A stretch of DNA of 64,000 nucleotides from Eledone cirrhosa (taxonomy: Eukaryota): NCBI GenBank assembly GCA_964016885.1, contig OZ024743.1, positions 350,486,001 through 350,550,000 on the forward strand, in the 5' to 3' direction. How positions within the stretch are numbered: the first letter of the stretch is position 1; each line of letters begins with the position of its first letter. A program made the position numbers and the translations under genes. The notes beneath the pieces are model-generated. The model was not told the origin of the DNA and did no database searches. It saw only the letters and a program-made list of their open reading frames with translations. Positions 53,315 to 64,000 of this stretch are shown piece after piece.

Positions 53315-56050
53315 TGGGGAGAAAGAAATCAGTTCTACGAGGCCTTGGATGAAATGCTATCCTTGACCCCCAAAACTAAAGGTCTTTACTTGCTTACCCA
53401 CATGCCTTGGTGTCCATAAAAGGGGTAAGATCAGCGAAAATAGCCAACGACTGCTTGATCTATGCTGCCTTCAAGGCATGTGCGTGACCAATATCATCTT
53501 CAAGTGTAATGACATCCATCAAGTGTCTTGGAGACACCTGTATTCCCACCGCTGCCACCAGCTTGACTTAATCATCACCAGGCGTGTGAAACTGGCCAGT
53601 GTCCTTCTCGTAGTTATCACATTGCATTCTGACACAGACCACTCCTTCGTGATCAGTAAGGTGCTTGTAGTACCAAGGAAGCTGTACCACTTCAGGAAGA
53701 AAGGTCATCCATGCATCAACACCTGCTATGTGAACAACCCAGAGAAGACGCAGCAGTTCGTCAGCAGGCTGTAAGAGGTATTTGTTGGAAAGACATCTGG
53801 TGAGGATTCCATTGACGCCGTGTGGTCTTACTTCCGAACCATAGTATACAGTTTGGTCTTTACTGCCTACGAGAGAACATAGCGGAAAAGTATGAGGCCA
53901 ACTGGGAAGAAATGGAGACCGTGACCGAGGTCATAAAGAAAGACCGTCTTGCTTACAAGGCAGTGCCTGGTCTCTGTGTCCTGGAAGCCCCCAGGACTGC
54001 CAGGAAGAAGGCCCAGCAGTCTATCTGCCAATTTTCTAGCACCTACTGGCTGAACCTCTACAGGAGCATAGAGGGCAGCCAACACCGGTGATGCACGAGA
54101 ATTGTATGAGTGCATCAAGAAGGTGACATGCCCATGTATTACCAAGACCGTCCTACTCAAGTCCCAAAATGGGTGAAGTTATCACAGACCAGGAGAAGTA
54201 ATTAGAACACTGGGTTTAGCGCTACCTTGAGCTGTACGCAACTCAGAATGTGGCCACTCATACGGCCCTAGCCGCCATCCAAGGCATGGAGAAGCTGAAC
54301 TTGGCACTTACTAGGGAGTAGCTAAACACAGCCAACGACTGCTATGTTGGCGGGAAGTTCCCCGGGCATGGTGGCATCCAGCCAGAAGTTTTCAAGAGCG
54401 GGAAGTCTGCACTGCTCCAAACCTTCTATAAACTCATCTACCTTTACTGGGCACAGGGGTACCACGTGTTATGCATGACACCAATATCGTCAATTTGTAC
54501 AAGAATAAAGGAGTCCACAGTGACTGCGACAACTACAGAGGAATCTCCCTGTTAGCATTGTCGAGAAGGTATTTACTAGCGTCGCCCAGGCACGCCTACC
54601 GGTTTTAGCCACCCGCGTCTACCTAGAATACCAGTGTGGCTTCCTAGCTGGCCAGCCAACTGTAGACATGATCTAGCTACGCCAGCTAGAGAAACAGTGT
54701 CAAGACCACAAATGCCTCTCTACATCACCTTAATTGACTTAAAAGGGCGTTTGACTTGGTCAGCCGGAGTGGGTTCTTCAGACTACTGCAGAAGATCGCC
54801 CCCCCCCCCCCCCCGTCTGCTCAGGATCGTCACTTCGTTCAATGAAGGCATGTACAGTACAGTTTGCTTTAAGGCATATCCCGTCAGCAGTGGTGTCGAG
54901 TAAGGCTGTGTCTTTGCACTAACACTCATTGGCATCTTCTTCTCCATGCTCCGTCAGTACGCATTTATGAAATGCAGTGAGGGGATCTATATTCACACTA
55001 GTACCTACAGCAAACTTTTTAATCTCGTCCGCCTTTGAGCCAAGACCAAAGTCATAGAGGTGTTCATCAGTGAAATACTTTCGCTGGTGACGCCGCCTTT
55101 ACCTCAGACACCAAAGACGGCCTGCAGCAGCGTGTCAGTCATATCTCCCACGCTTGTAAGAGGTTTGTATTGACCATCAGTCTGAAGAAGATAAATGTCA
55201 TGGTGCAGAACATATTGCTCCTACAAATATTGTCATCAATGGATGCAGTCTAGAAGTTCAAAGCTTCGGGTTCTTCAGATCTACTGTGTCCAGTTCGCTT
55301 TTCAAGGATTGTCAAGATAGGAGCAGTTATGTCTAAGCTGAATCAGAGGGTCTGGAATAATCCAGCCTCACTGAGAAGATCAAACTGCGAGTCTACCAGT
55401 AGAAGTGTGTGCTTGGAACACATACCTCTACAGTAGCAAGGTATGAACTACATACACGAGTCATGAGGGGAAACTCAATGTGTATCACAGACGCATTCTT
55501 CGCATCCGATAACAGGAAAAGATGCCAAACACAGAGGTCTTAAAATATATAAAGATGGGAAGCATGTTCGCCATTTTCAGCGAGAGGTGTCTTCGTTGAT
55601 TCGGCCATGTCAGGAGAATGGATTCGGATCGCATTCCCCAAAACTTATTTTACGACCTGTTGACTGAGTGCTTACGATTAGCGGGACGGCGAGGCCTGCA
55701 CTACAAAGATGTCTGTAAAAAAGACATGAAACATTACAACATCAATGTAACCACCTGGGAACAATGCGCAGGTGAACGTGCAGCTTGGCGCCTCGTTGTC
55801 AGAAATGGCATACAGACAGCAGAGCAGACAAGGCTACAGGGACCTTGCTGACAAAAAGGCGATAAGGAAGGGGAGACAACGACAACCTCAAAAAGTATCG
55901 TCATTTATCTGCAGTAAATGTAGTAGAGACTGCCATACGCATATTGAACGGTTCTGTAACTCACGAAAGTACAGATAAATACATCTGTGTACGTTTACAC
56001 CATTGACACTTAGACGGACAGATGTCAGTTATGTAAGTATGTATGTATGT
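53315..56050 (+). mobile_element. Second decayed RTE-clade LINE (endonuclease end to 3' tail)
   Basis: HQLDLIITRR, DTDHS, DCDNYRGISL, FGHVRRMDSDRIP, C-terminal CSKCSRDCH, (TATG)n tail. Confidence 0.88.
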
Positions 56051-56069
56051 TTTCTGGTTTCATTAATTT

Positions 56070-56575
56070 ATCTGAGTTCAAATCCCGTCGAGGTTAACTT
56101 TGCCTTTCATCCTTACGGGGTCGATAAAATAAAGTACCAGTAATTTCTGGCCTTGTGCCAAACGTAGAAACAATTAATTTATAAATGTTCACCTATAGAG
56201 AGAGATAGCCGGTTTCTAACATAGACACAAGATTCTTTCAATGGAATTTAGACAACATTAATTAGGTAAACTAAACCGAGGTTAACTTTGCCTTTCATCC
56301 TTACGGGGGTCGATAAAATAAAGTACCAGTAATACACTGGATAATTGCTGGCCTTGTGCCAAAAGTAGAAACAATTAATTAGGTAAATAGGGCGGTGGAT
56401 TGGCAGTATCGGTAGAGGGTCGGACGCCATGCTTTGCAGCAAAGAGTTACGGCCCTTTATGGTCTACGTTCAAATCCCGCCGAGGTTAACTTTGCCTTTC
56501 ATCCTTACGGGGTCGATAAAATAAAGTACATTGGGATAATTGCTGGCCTTGTGCCAAAAGTAGAAATAATTAATT
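56070..56575 (+). mobile_element. Cluster of three SINE copies/fragments
   Basis: Core at about 56090, 56278 and 56481. Confidence 0.85.
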
Positions 56576-56810
56576 AGGTAAATACGTATGCATGTGTGTG
56601 TATAGGTATGGATGTTATTGTATGTGTAAATCTGCATGTTTTGAATTACGTGCGGAGGGTGAATTTGGACACCCTGCGGGGTGAAAAACAAAACCCATCA
56701 AAGGGCGGGGAACTCAGGAGAGTCAACTGCCATCCAATAAAGTTTTTTTTAAAGTTTTTTTTTTTCTGGTGCGAGAGACTCCTAGTCTTCATTAAGACAT
56801 CTCTCTAGGA

Positions 56811-57146
56811 CAGCGGTTCCCAACCTTTTATAATAAATTCCACCTTAATGATATAGCAAAACAGTATGGCCCCCCAAAAAAAATTTAAATTTTTCATATA
56901 ATTTTTTTATGTAGAAATAATTTTGGCATGTCTTTTTATTTGTGAAGTAAAATCATAATTAGAAAAGGTAGAAAGTTGATAAAAAGTTGAATATAAAAAT
57001 TTGAAGCAAGAAAAAGAAAAAATTATGTTAGGAAACTATTCTTTTTTATGTATAAAATTTTGTGATTTTTAGTTAATTCCCGTGGCTCCCCCAATAACTT
57101 GCTATGGCCCACTGGTGGGCCATGGCCCTCTGGTTGGGAACCAATG
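56811..57146. mobile_element. hAT (Charlie/Buster-type) MITE, 336 bp
   Basis: TIR CAGCGGTTCCCAACC / GGTTGGGAACCAATG; perfect 8-bp TSD CTCTAGGA at 56803-56810 and 57147-57154. Confidence 0.92.
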
Positions 57147-58685
57147 CTCTAGGAGAAGGTCACTCTGATATAAAACCTGTGACTTCGTTTGCATCCAATG
57201 ATCTTTTTGAACAAATGCATTCGATGTTCAGAGAGCGAGATTGGCCCCGTGCAAAGGATTTCCTCACTTATAAAAGCTTCAAGCACAGACATTTTTTGTG
57301 ATGCATGGTATTGCTGGCCATAGGCCAGGACTAACAGGACTAAAAAGCCACGTCCGTGATGCTCATCCTTAAGCATCAAGCGATGGCATTACTCAAAATC
57401 GAGTTGCAACCATCATGTCTGTATGTATTGACCCGTAGGGATACCAAAGTGATATACAACATTTATATATAGCCACGTTTTACCAGAGAAAGTGAAGGGG
57501 AGGGATAGAGAGGGAGTGTGAAATATATATAGCAGAAGAATCACTCTTAGTACTTAACTGGTACTTTTGACCTTAAACCGCACAGAACCGGAACGATTAC
57601 CACTCAACTTCGCTTTTTATCTTCCGATGTCAATAAAAAAGTACCAGCCTTGTACTAAAAGTGATTCTTCTTCAGTCGATAAAAAAGTACCAGTATAGTA
57701 CTAAGAATGTTTTTTTTTATATAAAACATGCATGCTAATACCGTTCTTAATACGTTTTACTTACATTATTGATCAGCTGACAATGAAATTGAAACCAGTT
57801 GACTCATGGAAAATTTGCTAGTTGATAATATGACGTTTCAGGCCAGTAGAACAGGGAATGAAACATATTACGAAAGAAAAAGCAGTTTTCTAAACATGTT
57901 TAAATTTTCACCAAGCCCTTTACTGGGAAAATACAGGATTTCACCAGGAATGACCAACCGATATGAATCTATGACGGAAACAAAGCTAAGAAAATAAATA
58001 TTCTATATATGGGTGTATGCATATGCGTGTGCAAGTATAAAGGAGTGTCTATGTGGTTAACATACTTGATATAGTTACCAAAAGCAATATTTGAATAAAA
58101 TACACTTGTAATGAAAAGAAAAAAATCATTAGCGCTAATGATAATTCTTGTCTAGAAAGATAAAGAAGCTAACTCCGACATTCGAATTAATCAAATCTAA
58201 ATGTGGTTCGTTGTATAAAGAAAGAAGTAATAACTAGCGTATGATATAGACGTTTTATATATTTCATTCTATGGGCTCTTACTCAAGCAGATCAACACTG
58301 GCCTTATCAGATTCCAATGAATATATTGATTTCTGGTTGTGCTAAAAGGTAAGATATGGGGCAGTTTTAAACTGCTGATCGGAAAAACGCTTGCTGCCTA
58401 GACGTTTCATAAGTTGTCTCCCAATTTTAATGGTGAAATATAGATTATTGGTCCAAGCTCCGTATATAACTTGGACGAATGACAAGCAAAACGAATCAAG
58501 ATAAAATTTGAAACCTGGAATTGGTGAGAAACGTAACTAAATGTTACACGGCATTTGCTTGCCGCTGCTTCCGTTTCCGCCATCCCACAGTCCTTAATTC
58601 CAGTGATTATATTAAACAAGAAAACCTATTTCCTTCACCACTGAATCAAAGAGGTCCAGTCGCAATGTTTAATGACAAATTCATG

Positions 58686-58925
58686 TTAATTCCGCAGTAT
58701 CCAGCAGTTTATTATCATAGATACTATAATGACAGATGTAATGTGCTGCATGGAAGTCCTTAATCTTTCCATACTGCTTCCATAATTGCAGTTGTTTGCG
58801 TTACAGCATATGGTACAGTCTACTCTTAATATACCAAATAGATACCTCTTACATTCAGATGTACAGCTGCTGACACATTCACGAGTTATTTTCTTAATCC
58901 TCTTAAACATGCTGCTTGTTTTCAC
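58686..58925 (-). CDS. Last exon of a Ly6/uPAR (three-finger) protein with putative GPI-anchor signal
   Basis: ttttacag|GTG; VKTSSMFKRIKKITRECVSSCTSECKRYLFGILRVDCTICCNANNCNYGSS...ITSVIIVSMIINCWILRN*. CCxxxxCN motif plus hydrophobic tail. Confidence 0.88.
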   Translation of the reverse strand: MKTSSMFKRIKKITRECVSSCTSECKRYLFGILRVDCTICCNANNCNYGSSMERLRTSMQHITSVIIVSMIINCWILRN

Positions 58926-60809
58926 CTGTAAAATAAATAGTAAAATCTTAAATGAAAAAAAATCCGCAATAATCATGAAACTTTTATTAACTGAAAGGGT
59001 AATGATTGGGTTATTTTAATTATTTATTAGTTTAGTTTGTCTGATCAACTACAGCGGCTGTCACTCCCCATCGAGGATGACATGGTAGTATGTACTATGA
59101 ATTTCCTAACAGATTTGGGGTTCCCATGCCACAGACACCTTCATGACCCTCGCTTGATCCAGCGAAACATTTAATGTTAGTTTTTTATCAACACCGAGAG
59201 GATGAAAGACAAAGTGGATCTTGTCAGAATTTGAACTTGGAGCGCAAAGAGCCGGGGCAAATATCCAACGCTCTAATAATTGCTAAATTGACTGCCTTTG
59301 TGTATCTAAGTATGATGTTAATATTTGTAAAGCAGAAGGTATATTCCACCGAACTGACCACAAATTAACCTCAAAAAGTAGATGGACAAAAGACAAAATT
59401 AACTATGAATTACTGGTACTGTCCATTCGATTTTATTCTACACAATTTCATTCAAAATCTTTGAATTGACCTGATTTTATAGTAAAAGACACATGTCTAA
59501 GATACCTCGCAGTAGGACCGAATCTGGAATGTCATTATTGTAAAGCAAACTTCTTAATCATTCGGCTCTGCTGCTTCCAATCAAATAAAATATGGTTACC
59601 AATATACATAAATACCTATAATGCTATATTGCAATGATAGGAAGCCATATATTTATAAGCGGGGAGTATAGTCAATTGAATTTGCATTCAATACATTTAT
59701 ATCATCACCATTTCTTTTGCTAGTGAATCTATTCGTGGTACCCATTGACACTTATGATAATTCAGTCAGGAAGAGTTTATTCGATCAGTAATTTGAAACA
59801 GTGACACAAAGGTAACAATAACAAAGGAACAATCGACCGTATAAGGCCAACTATTAGTTACTCTCTCATGGTTAAATAATTACTGGCTGTTATTGATTTG
59901 TTTATTTTGTAATAGTCTAATCAATAGCATTCAATAGTTATAAGTTGGTGGTCAACGGTCTAAGCAGTAGGGATTAACCAATGATTAATAATTTACTGGT
60001 TTGGTTTCACTTCAGCAAAAGAAAAAATGCAGTCCGAGGGAATGCTTTTGTGGCCTCGTCCGCGGAGTACGGAACCTCTACCGCCGTGCCATAGGCCCAG
60101 AGCTCAATCATCCTCCCCATTCTTCTGTGACACTAGAGTTTTTGCCATTCCCTCCCCTTCCCGTTTTTATTTCCCTTTTTCTATTTTTTCTCTATATTTT
60201 CCTATTTTACATTCCATTCTTCTCAATCTAAATTTTCTTTTTCTATCAAACTGTATTTACATGATATATTCTATATATAAAATTATCTTAAATATTTCGC
60301 GTGAAGTTGATTTCTTAAATATCTATATGTTATTGGCGGAACTATCGTAAAAATTGTTCTGCTGCCATATTTTGTGGAGAAAAACAGGAAGTTTCTTTTC
60401 TGACTGATAGCTATTGCGAAAGAAGATTGTGTAGCAGCCAAAATTGCGTGAGAAGACTCAGGACAGAAGTATTATTTTTGTTCATTCAGGCTCCTTTTCA
60501 ACGTTTTTACATACAATTTGAGGAATTACTGCCTGTCAGTAAATTTGCAGAAAAGTGGGTAAGAATGACTAGTTGGCGTGGTTGAATAGGATTACATTGA
60601 ACATCCAGCTGTAGTCCAGAGACTATAATTTGAAGAGGCTACTCAGAATATACTACAATGTATGGAATTGCTAATTCGCTCTCAATAACTGGACTCTGTT
60701 TTCAGGTACATACATGAATTTGTATTTCCACTCGATGAAAGACCCACATTTTGTAATTCGTTTCAGTAATATTTCCTACTCGTCACGCTTGTGATAAAAA
60801 AGAAATCAA

Positions 60810-61905
60810 TAGTTAATGGCAGAATCAGTAGAATACTGGAAATGGTATCTAGTTTTAGCCCTTTACATTCAAATTCCACCACAGTCAGCTTTGCCTTTCC
60901 TCCGTCTATAAAAATAAAGTACCAGGAAGCACTGGAGCCGATGTAATCTACTTATCCTCAGCCCTTAAAACTGCTGACACTGAACTTAAATTAGAAACCA
61001 TTATTATTGGTTGGTGGATTGGCAGTATCGGTAGAGGGTCGGACGCCATGCTTTGACGCATAGAGTTACGGCCCTTGCCATTCTGAGTTGAAATCCCGCC
61101 GAGGTTAACTTTGCCTTTCATCCTTACGGGGTCGATAAAATAAAGTACCAGTAATGCACTGGTTAATTGCTGGCCTTGTGCGAAAAGTAGAAACAATTAT
61201 TATTGGTGTCTCATTGAGTTGAAATCCCGCCGAGGTTAACTTTGCCTTTCATCCTTACGGGGTCGATAAAATAAAGCAACAGTAATACACTGGGGTGATT
61301 TAATCGACTTTCCCCTCCCCTTCACATTTCTGGTCTTGTGCCTAAATTATTGGTGTTTCATAAATGCCCTAGATTGACAATATCGGTAGGGCGGCGGAGA
61401 ACATGCTTTGCAGTATATAGTTACGTTCCTTTACGTTCTGAGTTCAAGTCGAGATTAGCTTTATTTTTCATCCTTGCAGGCTCGATAAAATAAAACACCA
61501 GTAAAAATTGTTGGCCTTGTGCCTAAATCAGAAACCATTATTATGGTGGTTGGCAGTATCAGTAGAGGGTCGAACGCCATGCTTTCCAGCATAGTTACGT
61601 CCCTTTACGATCTGAGTTCAAATTCCGCCGAGGTTGACTTTGCCTTTCATCCTTACGGGGTCGATAAAATAAAGTACCAGTAATGCACTGGTATTTGCTG
61701 GCCTTGTGCCTAAAGTAGAAACAATTATTATGGTGGTGGATTAGTAGTATCTGTAGAGCGTCGGACTCCATGATTTGCAGCATAGTGTTACGGCCCTTTA
61801 CTTTCAGAGTTCAAATTCCACCGAGGTTAGCTTTGCCTTTCATCCTTACGGGGTCAATAAAATAAAGTACCAGAAATGCACTGGGTCGATTCAATCGACT
61901 TTCTC
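60810..61905 (+). mobile_element. Head-to-tail array of about six SINE copies joined by (TTA)n tails, inside the Ly6 intron
   Basis: TTTGCCTTTC-TCC core at about 60890, 61110, 61241, 61460 (diverged), 61639 and 61832. Confidence 0.85.
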
Positions 61906-62098
61906 CTCCCGATAATGGAAAGTGAGAATCTTTTCAAATGTCCTTTGAGTTTAGTTCAGCATTAAACCCGTGATCTCTGTTCAAGCCTAGATCAGTTTAC
62001 TAAGCAAAGAGGTCTTTAACTCAATCGTCATTATTGTATCTAAAAAAAAAAGAATGCAGTGAAACTACGATTAGAAAGAAAATGTTTTTTTTCCTTAC

Positions 62099-62256
62099 CT
62101 GGCAGAAATGTTGTTGTATCGTACATTGCTGTACCGGAAGTGACGTATCACCTCTCAAACAGGGGTCACTTGCTAGCCAGTATTTTTTGAAGCTTGTTGA
62201 ACAAACGTAACAGCTGTGCATCAGTGTATCGTTAGTCGATATATTGTGAGAATTCA
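62099..62256 (-). CDS. Middle exon of the Ly6/uPAR three-finger gene
   Basis: tttacag|TG AAT (phase 1) ... CAG|gtaagg (phase 0); NSHNISTNDTLMHSCYVCSTSFKKYWLASDPCLRGDTSLPVQQCTIQQHFCQ joins in frame to 58925. Confidence 0.88.
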
Positions 62257-63153
62257 CTGTAAATTAGAAATTACTAACAATTAAATACTTAATAGAATAA
62301 CAGTTTAAACCGTTTTACTGAAAACTTCATAAGAGAGTTGAAATTATTAATTGAAAAAGCAATGAAAAGATGTTATAATATATTGTTGAAAATAGGGTGA
62401 GGTTATATGATGAGGGTGAAGGTGCGGAGAGTAGTAGTAGTTACAATGTTGGGTTCACAATCGTAATGTTTTGAGTGCGATTCCTGAAACGGATGAGATA
62501 TTGTGTTCTTGGGGAAGGCACTTCATTTTATGTTTTTCCAGTCCAATCAGCTGAAAATGTTACCCTTGGGAAGGACTAGTGTCCCATACTCTCAGTCACT
62601 TAATACCTAATGAAATCAGGAAAGGCTCTGGTCTGATTAGCTTCGAAGTTCCATAAAGCGTTCATTAATCTCAATGTAATGAGGGATATATTAAAGAAGG
62701 ACAGTAAAATATAAACTTATCAAAAATACGTTTTCTTATATAGGCAAAAATGTTAGAAATTTATAGGGAAAGGTTAGTCGATGGCGTCTACAACACTATT
62801 TGACTGATACTTTATTTTATCGGCGAAAAGCAAGGTTAATGTCGATGGTTTTTGAACTGTGAACCTAAATAGCCAGAATAAACAACGCAAGGAATTTTAT
62901 CCCACGCTCTAGAGATTTTGTAAATCTACTCTCCTGATTAAATTTATAATAATTAGCTATCGTAAATGAAATAAAGATGGGAACTAGGGAATACTAGAAA
63001 CGGAATAATCTAAAAACAATTCCACCAATTGCAGCTGGCTAGGGATTAAACTTAGGAAGAAAAAGAATATCAACAAACGAAGAATCGGATCCAACACACA
63101 AACGCGCGCGCATACACACACGCACGCACACACATGCACACACACACACACAT

Positions 63154-63208
<55 letters not shown>

Positions 63209-63794
63209 CACACATTCACATACACACTCATGTTAAATGAAATACTAGCAGAATCGTTAATACATTAGACGAAATATATAGCAACATTTCTACAGTATTT
63301 TTACGTTCTTAATTCAAATCTCACCGATGCCATTCTTCTCTTCCGGAGTCGATATGAATTACCAGTCATGTACTGAGGTCGATATAATCAACTGTCTCCC
63401 ACTTTGTGGAAATGTAATAAAGTATTATTGTTTTTAGTGACTTTCCTCAGACTACTTTTCTAAAGCTAACGGCGATGGCGTATCTGAAGTGTGGCAGGTG
63501 GCTTGGGTGGAAAGGAGAAATCATCATCAACGTCCTCAAGAATAAAATATTGAGCAAAACTAAAGTCACAGAAATGATGGTTGTTACGGTAACATGTTTG
63601 TTTGACGAAAAACAACAGCATGGGAGACTCTCTACGTCGTCGCTTCGCCTCAGAAATAGCAGCTAAATCACACTGTACAATATATAGTCCTACATAACCG
63701 TAAGAAAATTGTATGGTCATGACAGGAATGCTTTTCAAATGGATCTAGGGATGAAATACCGTCGATTTCGAAGATGAGTGTTCTATCTAGTTGT

Positions 63795-64000
63795 TCAATC
63801 AACGGAACAGCCAGCAAATCAAATTAACGTGTAAGTGGTTGAGCATTCCACAGACATATAATTTAACGTAATTCTTGGGGAGATTTAGTGTGGCATAGTG
63901 TGTAACAAGGCTAGCCCTTTTATATATAGGCACAATCCATCTGATGGGCTTCCAGATAGTTCCTATCAACCCAGTTTTGCTCACAAGGCATGGATCGACA
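63795..64000 (-). mobile_element. Probable SINE body/tail, truncated by the window end
   Basis: TCAATCAACGGAACAGCC..AATTAACGTG-AAGTGG-TGAGCA-TCCACAGAC..CTCACAAGGCA resembles a common octopus repeat (recall only). Confidence 0.45.

Noticed and set aside
60048-60110. GC-rich patch as an HDV-like ribozyme
   Set aside because: Could not build the nested double pseudoknot or find the conserved L3 sequence by eye.
62984-63100. Hydrophobic stretch LRLLIFFFFLSLIPSQ as the Ly6 signal-peptide exon
   Set aside because: No in-frame ATG next to it and no suitable phase-1 donor seen.

Overview
Eukaryotic, AT-rich, microsatellite-dense genomic DNA. The SINE repertoire and (TA)n/(TATG)n/(TTA)n load suggest a cephalopod (Octopus-like) genome; this is an inference. 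Two host genes are visible only as spliced exons. One is an ANTP-class Abox/ceh-19-type homeobox gene on + (exons 29174-29268 and 41098-41305; the upstream exon was not found). The other is a putatively GPI-anchored Ly6/uPAR three-finger protein gene on - (exons 62099-62256 and 58686-58925). The rest is mostly mobile DNA: two tandem near full-length Tx1/L1-type LINEs in (TTA)n tracts, a 3.46-kb non-autonomous Helitron, decayed RTE, CRE-type and mariner fragments, a hAT MITE with a perfect 8-bp TSD, many tRNA-derived SINEs and a 125/127-bp tandem array. One LINE ends exactly at the homeobox splice acceptor; the other carries two divergent ORF1 modules. The most striking unexplained layer is a set of hammerhead-ribozyme-bearing repeats and fold-backs in or next to (TA)n tracts. 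These include a 440-470-bp retrozyme-like tandem unit with an octamer motif and natural core variants (U3:A8 covariation, A6G). All alignments and folds were done by eye.
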